DNA of 64,000 nt from Macrostomum lignano (Eukaryota), in assembly GCA_002269645.1 (NCBI GenBank), contig NIVC01000891.1, positions 1 through 64,000 on the forward strand, read 5' to 3'. Below the pieces are notes generated by a model, which saw only the letters and a list, made by a program, of their open reading frames with translations, was not told the DNA's origin and did not search any database. Below are positions 1 through 10,200 of the stretch, one piece after another. The translations under genes were made by a program, and so were the position numbers. Each line of letters starts with the position of its first letter. Position 1 is the first letter of the stretch.

Positions 1-527
1 CTCGGAGGGCTTAAAATCGGGATCGCTTTAGTTACTCTTCCGTGCCTTTAGCACAAATAACTAATCCAGATCCAGATGTTTCTGGGACTGCAAAACGGAG
101 TCCTGAGTAGCGAGAGTGCCCGCTCGGGGGGGGGGGTCTCGACATAAAACTAGCGCGTTGCTACGGGGCGAGATAAATTATTTGCTATCAGTCAGTTTGC
201 ACGGTTAAGTCAGGGTGATTAGTAGAGGTTTAGTCTAGAGTCCAACTTCCAGTAATTTTGCAAGTCGAGCCACCAGTCTGTCCTCGGTTATCGGTATCGG
301 TTGAGCCGTGACTTCGCTCCCCGGCCGAATCTTCACGTGTAGATGTGGTACATAACTATTATAATTGTTATAACTAACATTTGCATAGTCCTGAATACGC
401 GGCCCTAGGCCTCCGCCCTGCAGATCATTTCTACGAAAACCGAGTGTCATGGCGCCCTTATCTTTACAGTGTACGCACATGTACACTCCGCGCAGATATT
501 TTAAGAAACTGAACCCACGTATAAGTC

Positions 528-630
528 AGTCGCAGACATGTACATTCTTATATGTAGAGAATTTCCAGGAAATTTTTCCAAAGCCTCCCTGCCGTCCCCC
601 ACACACTGACATCCTTATATTTATTATAAA
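528..630 (+). promoter_or_regulatory. Proximal promoter of sacsin-like copy 1: CAGTCGCAGAC box, GAGAATTTCC (kappaB-like, 557-566) overlapping TTCCAGGAA (GAS/STAT-like, 563-571), GC-rich box and TATAAA (625-630)
   Basis: Motifs read directly. The same order of motifs recurs ~190-205 bp upstream of all four paralog ATGs. Confidence 0.5.
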
Positions 631-768
631 AGCCTAATGGCCCAGTAGGCAAGTAACCAGAACGACGAACGAATCCTGGAGTTGAAAACTATAAGCTACA
701 ACGCCTGTTGGCACGTATTATTATCAACAACTGTGTGCGTTTGAACAAGTTTTGAGTGTCAATCACAC

Positions 769-1011
769 ATGAGCTCGGAGTCAGAGTCAGACGGCGACAC
801 CGAAGGTGCTGAGCTCTGCGGCCAGTCGGAGTCGCTGACCCGCCGTCTGCGCAACATCCTCCGCGACTACTCGGACGGCCTGGCCATCCCCAAGGAGCTC
901 ATTCAGAATGCGGACGACGCCGGCGCCACCGAGGTGACGCTGATCTACGACAGCCGGGCCAATCTGCAGTGGCGCGAGACCGTCATGGGCCGGCGGATGG
1001 CCGACTGCCAG
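769..1011 (+). CDS. SACS-like: Sacsin-like gene copy 1, exon 1 (81 codons; start of first GHKL ATPase repeat)
   Basis: CGQSESLTRRLRNILRDYSDGLAIPKELIQNADDAGATEV matches the sacsin repeat motif GQxExLTxR..ELxQNADDA. Ends CAG|GTGGGT donor, phase 0. Confidence 0.9.
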
Positions 1012-1088
1012 GTGGGTGGCGGGCGGCTCTAATTGTGTTGGCTGATGCAGGGGAGTAGCCAGCATCTTTCATTGAGGGGGTCCTTTTT

Positions 1089-1603
1089 GACTGGGCGCCA
1101 TTTTAGTTAACTGGGCGCTGTTTTATTTAACTGGGCGCCATTTTATTCGACTGAGTGCCATTTTATCTGACTGAGCGCCATTCTATTTGACTGAGCGCCG
1201 TTTTATTTGATTGAGTGGCATTTTATTTGATTGGGCGCCATTTTATTTGTCTAAGCGCCATTTTAGTTAACTGAGCGCCATTTTATTTGACTGAGTGCCA
1301 TTTTATCTGACTGAGCGCCATTTTATTTGACTGAGTGCCATTTTATCTGACTGAGCGCCATTTTATTTCACGGGGCGCCATTTTATTTCACGGGGCGCCA
1401 TTTTATTTCACGGGGCGCCCTTTTATTTGACTGAGCGCCATTTTAGTTAACTGGGCGCCGTTTTATTTGACTCAGTGCCATTTTAGTTAACTGGGCGCCG
1501 TTTTATTTGACTAAGCGCCATTTTAATCAACTGGGCGCCATTTTATTTGACTAAGCACCATTTTAATCAACTGGGCGCCGTTTTATTTGACTGAGCGCCA
1601 TTC
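1089..1603. repeat. 20-bp minisatellite (ACTGGGCGCCATTTTATTTG-like), ~25 copies, in intron 1 of copy 1
   Basis: Clear period-20 repeat. Only 1-2 units occur at the same intron position in copies 2-4. Confidence 0.95.
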
Positions 1604-1616
1604 TATGAGTATTTTA

Positions 1617-2683
1617 CAAGGACTTCCATGACGGGAAACTGTGATTCTTAGAAAAAGTTAAGCAGGCTGGTTTTCGCTGAAAATTGGCTACGGAGCTAGG
1701 ACGTTTTCACTTTCTTGATATTAAATTTGTTATCGCTTTCGATAGCAGCAGACCCAATGTTCATATTTTGATATGTTGTGCCTTTCTTATTGCTCTATTG
1801 ATATTCATAAAGCTTTTCAATCAGAAAATTAGAATTCTATGTTAATTTTTTATTCTAAGTACAATTGCGCATGTCCTGTGCCTAACAAGCATTAAAATGG
1901 CACGGCTCATTGGTTTCATGAATCTATTTTATCATTCTTAGCTGACTGTGTAGCAATATGCGTAGCAGAGAATCCAGAGATGATAAAATAGATTTAATAT
2001 CTTTAAGACCAAATATTTGAGCTGTGCCATTTATTTTTATGATTTTTAGATGCAGCAAATGTGCGTAGAATAAAAAGTTTACATGGAATTCTAATTTTCT
2101 GAAGGAAAAGCTTTACAAATATCAATAGAGCTGTAAGAAAGCACAGCATATCAAAAAATGAACACTGGGTCTGCCTGCTATCGAAAGCAATAACAATTTT
2201 TTGTGCTGAAAAAAATGACTTCCTATCTCCATAGTGTATTTTTCGGCGAAAACCAGCCTGCCTAGTAATAATAATAATAAAGCTAATAATATCTAATTAC
2301 ACCTGCCCAATTACGCCTGATGTGCAGCCGACAGACAGCTCAGCCGCAGCTATTGCGCGGCGCATCTGAAGGCTGCGTACGGCTGTTCAGTCCAAGGACT
2401 GGGGGGGGGGTCGCCACACACCCTCAATTACCCTCGCTGAGTGCTGAGCCCCAAGCCGAGAAGTCGATTTTACAGCTGGGTGAACTGAAGCAATGCAGAG
2501 TAAAATGTCCTGCTCAAGGGCACAAATTGTTCCAGTGGGATCGGGAATCGAACCCCCGACCTTCAAGTCGTGAGTCCGACGCTCTAACCACTAGGCTACA
2601 AGTACAGCCCCCTAATAGGGTGAGTAGCCTGCTTAACTTTTCTCAGAAATGTACTGCCCGTCCTTCTACTTGGGTAGTCCTTG
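1617..2683. mobile_element. Fold-back MITE (hAT-like family, same as 41078-41749) interrupted by a SINE
   Basis: Long inverted arms (GCAGGCTGGTTTTCGCTGAAAA ~1662 versus TTTTCGGCGAAAACCAGCCTGC ~2241). Ends CAAGGAC..GACGGGAAAC and CCCGTCCTTCTACTTGGGTAGTCCTTG match the TIR of the 41-kb copy. Confidence 0.75.
2262..2625 (-). mobile_element. tRNA-derived SINE with CORE-like body and (TTA)n tail
   Basis: Minus strand reads GTAGCCTAGTGG (A box)...GGTTCGATTCC (B box), then GTGCCCTTGAGCAGG...CCCAGCTGTAAAAT. (TAA)n on + at 2265-2280. Flanked by AGCCTGC at 2255-2261 and 2626-2632 (TSD). Confidence 0.8.
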
Positions 2684-3256
2684 ATATTGGACTGGGTGCC
2701 AGTTTCCCGTCCTACTTGGGTAGTCCTTGATATTGAACTGGGTGCCAGTTTCCCGTCCTTATACTTGGGTAGTCCTTGATATTGGACTGGGTGCCAGTTT
2801 CCCGTCCTACTTGGGTAGTCCTTGATATTGAACTGGGTGCCAGTTTCCCGTCCTACTTGAGTAGTCCTTGATATTGGACTGGGTGCCAGTTTCCCGTCCT
2901 ACTTGAGTAGTCCTTGACATTGGACTGGGTGCCAGTTTCCCGTCCTACTTGAGTAGTCCTTGACATTGGACTGGGTGCCAGTTTCCCGTCCTACTTGAGT
3001 AGTCCTTGACATTGGACTGGGTGCCAGTTTCCCGTCCTACTTGAGTAGTCCTTGACATTGGACTGGGTGCCAGTTTCCCGTCCTACTTAAGTAGTCCTTG
3101 ACATTGGACTGGGTGCCAGTTTCCCGTCCTAATTGAGTAGTCCTTGACATTGGACTGGGTGCCAGTTTCCCGTCCTACTTGAGTAGTCCTTGACATTGGA
3201 CTGGGTGCCAGTTTCCCGTCCTACTTGAGTAGTCCTTGATATTGGACTGGGTGCCA
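2655..3256. repeat. 46-bp tandem array (~13 copies) made of the MITE right TIR plus 18 bp of flank
   Basis: Unit GTTTCCCGTCCTACTTGAGTAGTCCTTGACATTGGACTGGGTGCCA. Its first 28 bp match the TIR GTTTCCCGTCCTTCTACTTGAGTCGTCCTTG at 41719-41749. Confidence 0.9.
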
Positions 3257-3526
3257 TGCAAATAGCACACGCAAACACTAAAAATGATGTTCTTCAAGTT
3301 TCTATTTCAATTAATCCAGATCATTTGAGTCCCGATTCACAAAAAATCACAACTCACTCAATCGCGATTCTCCAAATTCTACTCAACCAATCACTTTTGA
3401 TCTCGTGTCATCCCAAAAAGTTTGTTAAGTCCCAGCTCACCAAATGTGGGAAACATCTCAGGTAAAAAAAATTCCGACAAAGCTGACTGCTGGGTGTTCC
3501 GCCCCCTCGCCCTACCTGCCTCTCAG

Positions 3527-3755
3527 GGCCCCTGCCTCTGGGCACAACGACGCGCAGTTTACTGACGACGACTTCAAGAACCTGCTGAGCCTTGGCGGCG
3601 CCACCAAGGAGGCGCAGGCGGCGAAGGTGGGCAAATTCGGCCTCGGATTCAACGCCGTCTACAACCTGACGGACGTGCCGGCCGTCCTCAGCGGCTGCCA
3701 GCTGCAGCTGCTTGACCCGCACGGCGAGAAGCGTGGCCGTGGATTCCTGGAGGAG
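3527..3755 (+). CDS. SACS-like: Sacsin-like copy 1, exon 2 (GHKL G1/G2 boxes); 229 bp, i.e. a 2-bp deletion versus copies 2 and 4
   Basis: CTCTCAG| acceptor and GAGGAG|GTGAG donor. Encodes HNDAQFTDDDF...GKFGLGFNAVYNLTDVP. TGGGCAC here versus TGGGCGCAC in paralogs. Confidence 0.85.
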
Positions 3756-3924
3756 GTGAGAAGCTTTGGTGGGGGGGGATTCTGAGCAGCTCTGCCAGCG
3801 CCTTCCCAGTGGGCACTTGAAAGGTACCAAGGTGTCCTGTCCTGTTATGGCATTTTTACTGTATTTTCACCACCTGGCCTCAGTGTCACCCCGGCTTTTC
3901 AATGGAAGCTTTCACCCCAATGTG

Positions 3925-4055
3925 CTTTACTGGCTAGGATATTTGACCCTCCCAATGTGCTTCACTGGCTAGGGTATTTGACCCCCCTGGCTACAGTATT
4001 TGACCCCCTCTGGCTACGGTATTTGACCCCCAACTGTACTTCACTGGCTAGAGTA
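3925..4055. repeat. Degenerate ~35-bp module (CACTGGCTAGGGTATTTGACCCC) repeated 4-5 times in intron 2; also at ~29650-29825 and ~62745-62925
   Basis: Repeated motif visible in intron 2 of copies 1, 2 and 4. Confidence 0.7.
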
Positions 4056-4238
4056 TTTCCCCATGTCCTTAGTTTCACTCCAATCCTGAACCTCTACCGT
4101 CCTTCAGGGCGTCCAAAGCGCAGCTTAATCTTCCGACCAGTTTTCGTTGGTTGATATACGCTCGTAGTTATTATTTTAATGGTCTCCCATTGTTAAATAA
4201 ATGAATGCTACATTTTCTATTGACCCTTACTTCGTCAG

Positions 4239-7200
4239 ATCTACCGCAAATACCGCAAGTGCGACACCGGCCTCAGGCTGAACTTCTCCAAGGAGGCCGG
4301 GCGCCGCATGCTGGCCAAGTATCCGCATCAGTTCGCGCCCTACACCGGCGTCATGGGCTGCGGCCCGGACCTCGGAGCCGAGCCCTACCCCGGCACGCTC
4401 ATCCGACTGCCGCTGCGGACTCAGGAGCAGGCCGGCGATCGCAGATCTGCCAACGGGCCTACAGCGAGCAGGAGATGCGCGACCTGCTTGACAAGACGGC
4501 TCAGCAAGCCCGCCACTTGCTGCTGTTCACCCAGTCCGTGTCCAGCTTCCGGCTGCTGCATCTGCGCGATGGCTCGACGGCTCGCTGCAGACCGACACGC
4601 TGCTCAAAGTGAGTCGCAGCCTGATTAAGTGCATTCGGCCGTTGCCGGGCACAAGCGAATCAGCGGATCTGCGCTCCCAGACGCGTGTACTGGCCGCTGC
4701 GGCCGAATATCTGGCGGGTGACAACGGCGGCGCTGGCGATGGAAGTTTCGCTGGGCAGCTGAAGCTGCACATCGACGTGCAGATAAACGAGACGGAAGCG
4801 AAGCGGGTTGGCATCGACACGAACGTCGCTATAACCGCCTCGGACAACTGGCTGGTGAGCGTAGCTCTGGGCTCGGGCGAGTCGCTGGAGATGTCGCGTC
4901 AACGCGAGGGACTCAGCCTCCCCGTCGCCAGTGTCGCCATTCGCCTGTCGGCTGGCGGCACCGCGATTGAGCCGGTGAATCGCGGCGTCGCCTTCTGCTT
5001 TCTGCCGCTGCCCATCGAGTCGCCGCTGCTGTTCCACGTAAACGCCGCCTTCGCAGTCACGTCCAGCCGACGCTACCTGGAGGAGGCCACCATGGACGAA
5101 GCCGAGGGCCGCTGGCACCCAGGTCGCTGGAACGCCGCCCTGCTGCGCGAAGCCGCCTGCGCCGCGCTGGTGTCTGCGCTCGAGCGACTCACTGCCGAAA
5201 ACATCACGGGCGCACCTTCGATCTGGCCGCTGCTAGAGGCCAACAACGGTGTCTGGCATCCTCTGATTGAGAGTTTCTACAGGACTGTCTTCATCGAAAC
5301 TGATCGCGCTCCAAGCATCTTTTACACCTCGGTGGGCTGGCGGCCGCTGGCTCAAGTTGTTTCTCTCGACGAATCGGCGCTGGGTGCCGCCGCATTGGGC
5401 TTTGAAGCTGCCAATGTTGTGCGCCGTCTGGCCCGGTCACTGATTCCGGCCGGCTCCGGCCTGGCTGAAGGCTTAGCGTCCAGCGTTCAAGCCGCTGCAG
5501 TGCGCCTCAACCTGCTTGGACACAGACTCTGGTCGGGTGAAGTCTTTGTTGCCAATTTTCTGGAACAACTTAACAGTCTGTGGGATTCGTCTGATGATGA
5601 GCGTCATTTGTGCTCCGAGTTTCTTAAATTTTTGCTTAAAAATCTGAGTAGGGAAGACATCGCACCACAGGACCCAACAGTTTGGCTCATGTCGGAGGGC
5701 ATCAGGAGCATGCTTAAATCTAGCCACTTCCTGCCTGACCAATCAAATCGGCTTTGCCGAGTAAGCGATCTGCTGGATCCGCACTGCGCTGCAGCTGCTC
5801 TGTATTTCCCAACTGACTCTGTATTTCCTAGAACAGACTTCAAAGAGGACTACAGTCTACGACCTGTCCTAATTTCTCTTGGGCTTCAGTCTCAAATTCC
5901 ATTTGACCATGTTCTTGAACGAGCTAATACCGTGTCAGCACTGAGCCAAGAAAATCGCCTGGAGGACGCTTTGAAGAGGGCGCGATCTCTGATGAAGTAT
6001 CTCGATCTAAACCGAACTGAATTTCAAGATCGCCTTCGTGAGCTGGCCAGCGTTGAATTTCTTCCAGCCAAGCGGAAGCCCGACGACTGCAGCCTGCACT
6101 GGCGCTCGGATGACTACCCCGTTACTCAGCTGTTCGCACCGGAAGTTCTATTCGAGTCTAAACAAGAGACATTGGGTTCTCTCTGTCAGTTAGTTCTGGA
6201 CAGCTGTGTACTTTCAGATACCAATCATTTAGCCCGAGAAGCATTGAATAAAAGCATTGGGGTACAAAAGGAAGTACCTCGCGTAATTGCTTGGGAACAG
6301 CTGCGTAGGGCGACGCAAACGTTTAGCATCGACAGTCGTCCTGTTTGCCTGGATGTGTATGAACATTTCTCTAAGCTTCTAATCAATAATCCTAAACTGG
6401 CCGATGAGATAAAGCTTGAATTCGAAGGTCTCAGCTCACCAGCAATAGTGTACTCGGATACTGGCTACTTAAAACCACACCAGGTGTCTCTGAGTTTTAA
6501 AGATCGAGAATGTCCACCCTACCTGTTTCGCCTGCCGTCTGACCTTCGAGTGGGCTATTTTAGTCATGAAAAGTATCTGCCGTTTCTTAAAGCGATTGGC
6601 GTTCTCGAAGAATTTGACTGCACCACCTACTGCAGAGTGCTTGAAGAAATACACGAGAACAAAAGTGGATCCGCTCTGACGGATAGTGAGAGAAAGAGTT
6701 GCATTGAGCTGCTAACGCGGCTGAGTGAGCTTAGCGAGCTGCCCGAGCCATCTGAAATTTTCGCTCCAGATCATGAAGGCTTCCTAGTCCGATGCTCGCA
6801 CCTTTGTTTTGGCAGCGTGAAGTGGCTCACCAAAGTCGATAAGCTGCGCTTCGCTCACAAAGACTTGGCGTACGGCGTTTGCGAGAAGTTGCGAATCCCT
6901 GATCAGAGAGTTCAAACTCTGAGAAAACATCACGTGCCGCTGCCGTTCGGCCAAAAAGAAGAGCTCACTACTCGACTCAAAGGAATTCTTCAAGGCTATC
7001 CTCTGGGCATCGAGATCTTCAAGGAGCTCGTTCAGAACGCGGATGACGCCGGTGCTACTAGGCTGCAATTCATCAACGATCGTCGCAATCTCGGAACAGA
7101 GAAGGTGCTGAGCGACGAGTGGAAGGCGCTACAGGGACCGGCGCTTGTAGTTGTCAATGACACGACGTTCAATGACGAAGACATCGAAGGAATTCAGAAG

Positions 7201-10200
7201 CTTGGTGTCGGCTCCAAAGGAAGCCAGCCCTGGAAAACGGGGCAGTACGGCATAGGGTTCAATTGTGTCTATCACGTGACGGATGTGCCGATGTTTCTCT
7301 CTGACAATCGGGTCCTGTGTGTGATGGACCCCCACTGCAGGCACATGCCGCATGCCAACACAGAAAGTCCAGGCGGAATGTACAAAGATGAAGGTCTTGA
7401 CGAAGTGAGGGACGATTTTCGTGACGTTTTTGATGGATTCAAAATCAGCAATGAGACCACGACCGGCTCCACTGTCTTTAGACTGCCTCTCAGAACTTTG
7501 GAAACGGCGCGCCTCTCTGAGATTTTCCCGGCTGCAAAACCTTTGAATTCTAATGATATCTACAAACTATTTAAAAAGTTTGCTGAAGATTTGGCGGAAA
7601 TCTTACTGTTTTTGAGCAGCGTCAAGACTATTCAACTCTCTGAACTGGGCACTGATGGCAAGCTGACCAAAGTCTTTGAAACAAGCTCGACTATATCGGA
7701 CCCATCGGCCTGCATTCGATTCAGAGGCGAGTGTCAGAAAATCGGCAGGCAGCTGGTTCAGAAAGATTTCGACCCGAAGCTCTTGCATTCGTGCACGCAG
7801 GAAGTGTATGAGGCTATGATCTCTACCCATAACACCTTTTTACAAGAACCTGACTCCACCAGCAGTAAGTGGATTGTAGCCCAGCAACTCGGGTTGCCAG
7901 CTGACTCAGCGAGCGTCATTCCCAGCAAAGACCAGAGCAAGCTTGGCTATGCTGTTTCCAATGGCGAGTGGAAGGCACTTCCGAAGGTAGGAGTGGCAGC
8001 GCGGCTTGATCAGAGCAAAAAGTTCCACCGAGAACACCGTGTGTTCAACCTGCTGCCGCTTCCCCTGACAACCGATCTGCCTGTTCACATCAACGGCCAC
8101 TTTGCCCTTGACCCGTCTCGCCGCAGTCTGTGGGAGGCTCATTCTAGCGATGCCTCTGCCGAATGGAACAATCTGCTAGTGAGCACTGCTCTTCCTGTGT
8201 GCTACGCAACTCTTCTGGAGGCGGCGACGCAGCGTCTACCTCTTGAAGATCCAATCGAAAGTGATGGTAATTCATCACCCTTTGAACATTATTACCGTTT
8301 GTTTCCAGAGGCAAAGGATGAGAAACCCGGCAAGTCCCACTGGAACACAATGGCGATTAAATTCTACCAAAATGTATTTAAAAACCAGCGCAGAATTTTT
8401 CCTGTCGTTGACCTGACTAATCAGAGCATGATTAGCTGGCTCCCTCTTGCTCAAAGCCCTCAGTCAGTAGATGGGGAGTCCGCCTTTCTGCAAGAGGATT
8501 TGTCTGAAGATGTGTCAGAAGTGCTGCAGCGTCTGGGCCTTCCTCTCATCGTCAGAGGGCGTCGCTTTACGGATTGCATGAAAAGCAGCCGGCTGAGCTA
8601 TGTTGCCAATGCGAATCCGGACAATATAATCAACTACTTGAAGGGAGTCCGCTGCTCGGCGTTGCGCGACTCTCTTCCAAGGCAGGTCGAGCTGACTCCA
8701 TTTGCCGGAGTACAGCGAGTCGAGACTTTGATGCACTACTTGCTCACAAATCTGTCGCTTGAGGATCGAGCCGACACTAAAGACTCTGAAAGTGACTCTG
8801 CTGAGATTCGGCGTATGGCCTCGCTAATCAGCACACCATTGAATCTGACCGCTGATGGAATGCTTCGAGTTTTCAGAACGGAGAATCTTTCATTTCTCAC
8901 AGAATACGTGCGACTGATACCAGCCAAATCTACCGACTTGCTTTCGCAGTTCTGCCACAAAAAGATTCAAGAGGTTTTTAAGCCTCCGCCAACATCGCTT
9001 CCCGTTGGATATTTTTCAAGGCCCAACCGCTGTCCCAGTGCTCACAAATCCGGGCTGTACCGCAAATTCAGCATTGCTGAGTTCCGCCGTTGTCTTGGCA
9101 ACTTCTTGTCTGCCTGCTGCTCTCCAAACGTACCGTGCATTCCGCTAGCTAGCATTGAGACTCAGCTGAGGGGCTTAAAATTTGCAGACTGGATTCGAGA
9201 CGTGTGGAAATTCTTAGCAGAAGAGTGCGAGATTGTACGCAAAACGTATGATAGCGTTGCTGCCGAATATTATAAAGTTAACCTCAGGCGTTATCCTCAG
9301 AAACCACCTGAAATCAAAGATGTTCTGGCTCCCGTGTCAGACGCAGCCCTAGTGCCAGCCAGCTTTGAGTGGGCATGGGAGAAACACATTTCATGCTGCA
9401 GTTGGCTGTTTAAAATATCGCATGTGTCTTCAGTGTACCACAAGTCTACACCAAAACCGTACGATTTGGAAGAGAAAATTGAAGAGGCTCTTTGTCAGCT
9501 AAAGGCTCCACTTTTAACAATCTATAACAGTAAATTGATCAAACTAGTAGGGAAATTGGAGGAGCCCTACTCAATGCTTGCTGTGCTACGCTACGCACTT
9601 AACGAAAATCCTCACCAACCGCGCCATTTGCCTTCTGCTGACATGGCGAACAGCTTCGCCTGCTTTGTTCAGCAACATCAAGGTGCAATGGAGCAGGTGA
9701 TTGGCCGCAGAGACTTGATTAGTGAGCTGCAGCGTCTACCGATTTTTGTAACTCTCAGTGGCGAGTGCGTTGCGCTTGAGAACTTAAGCCCCAGAATTCT
9801 ACCGGCCGACTTGGTGTCTGAGGAGATGCACCTGTGGAGACGAGCAGCCCAGTTCGTCTTCTTAAGAAAAAACTTTCAGCTGGAGAAATTGCATCGCCTA
9901 ATGAGATGCAACGAACTAAGCGAATTTGCAGCCAATGTTGACTTTATTTTACCGGTTTTCGACAATTTCTCAAACCATACAAAGCAGGCTCAGCTGCAGA
10001 AACTGAAGTCACTCGCTTGGGATTTTCAGAGCTTGCGCCGTCGCAATCCTAGTGAAAGTCGCTCGTTTGAAGACGCGCTGAAGAACGCCAGAATTGTTCC
10101 GTTTCAGCAGTCCTGGTGCAGAGCCAGCAACTTTTTCGACCATCGCGTCGACATTTTTCGAGAATTCTGTTCGTCAGAGGAGTTCCTACCATTCCAATTT

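Noticed and set aside
431-446. IRF/ISRE-like GAAAACCGAG in type A promoters
   Set aside because: Incomplete match to GAAANNGAAA and absent from type B promoters.
2530-2615. Functional tRNA gene
   Set aside because: The tRNA-like head is followed by a SINE body, (TTA)n tail and TSD; no complete cloverleaf is evident.
2655-3256. CRISPR-like array
   Set aside because: Units are contiguous with no unique spacers, derive from a MITE TIR, and lie in a eukaryotic intron.
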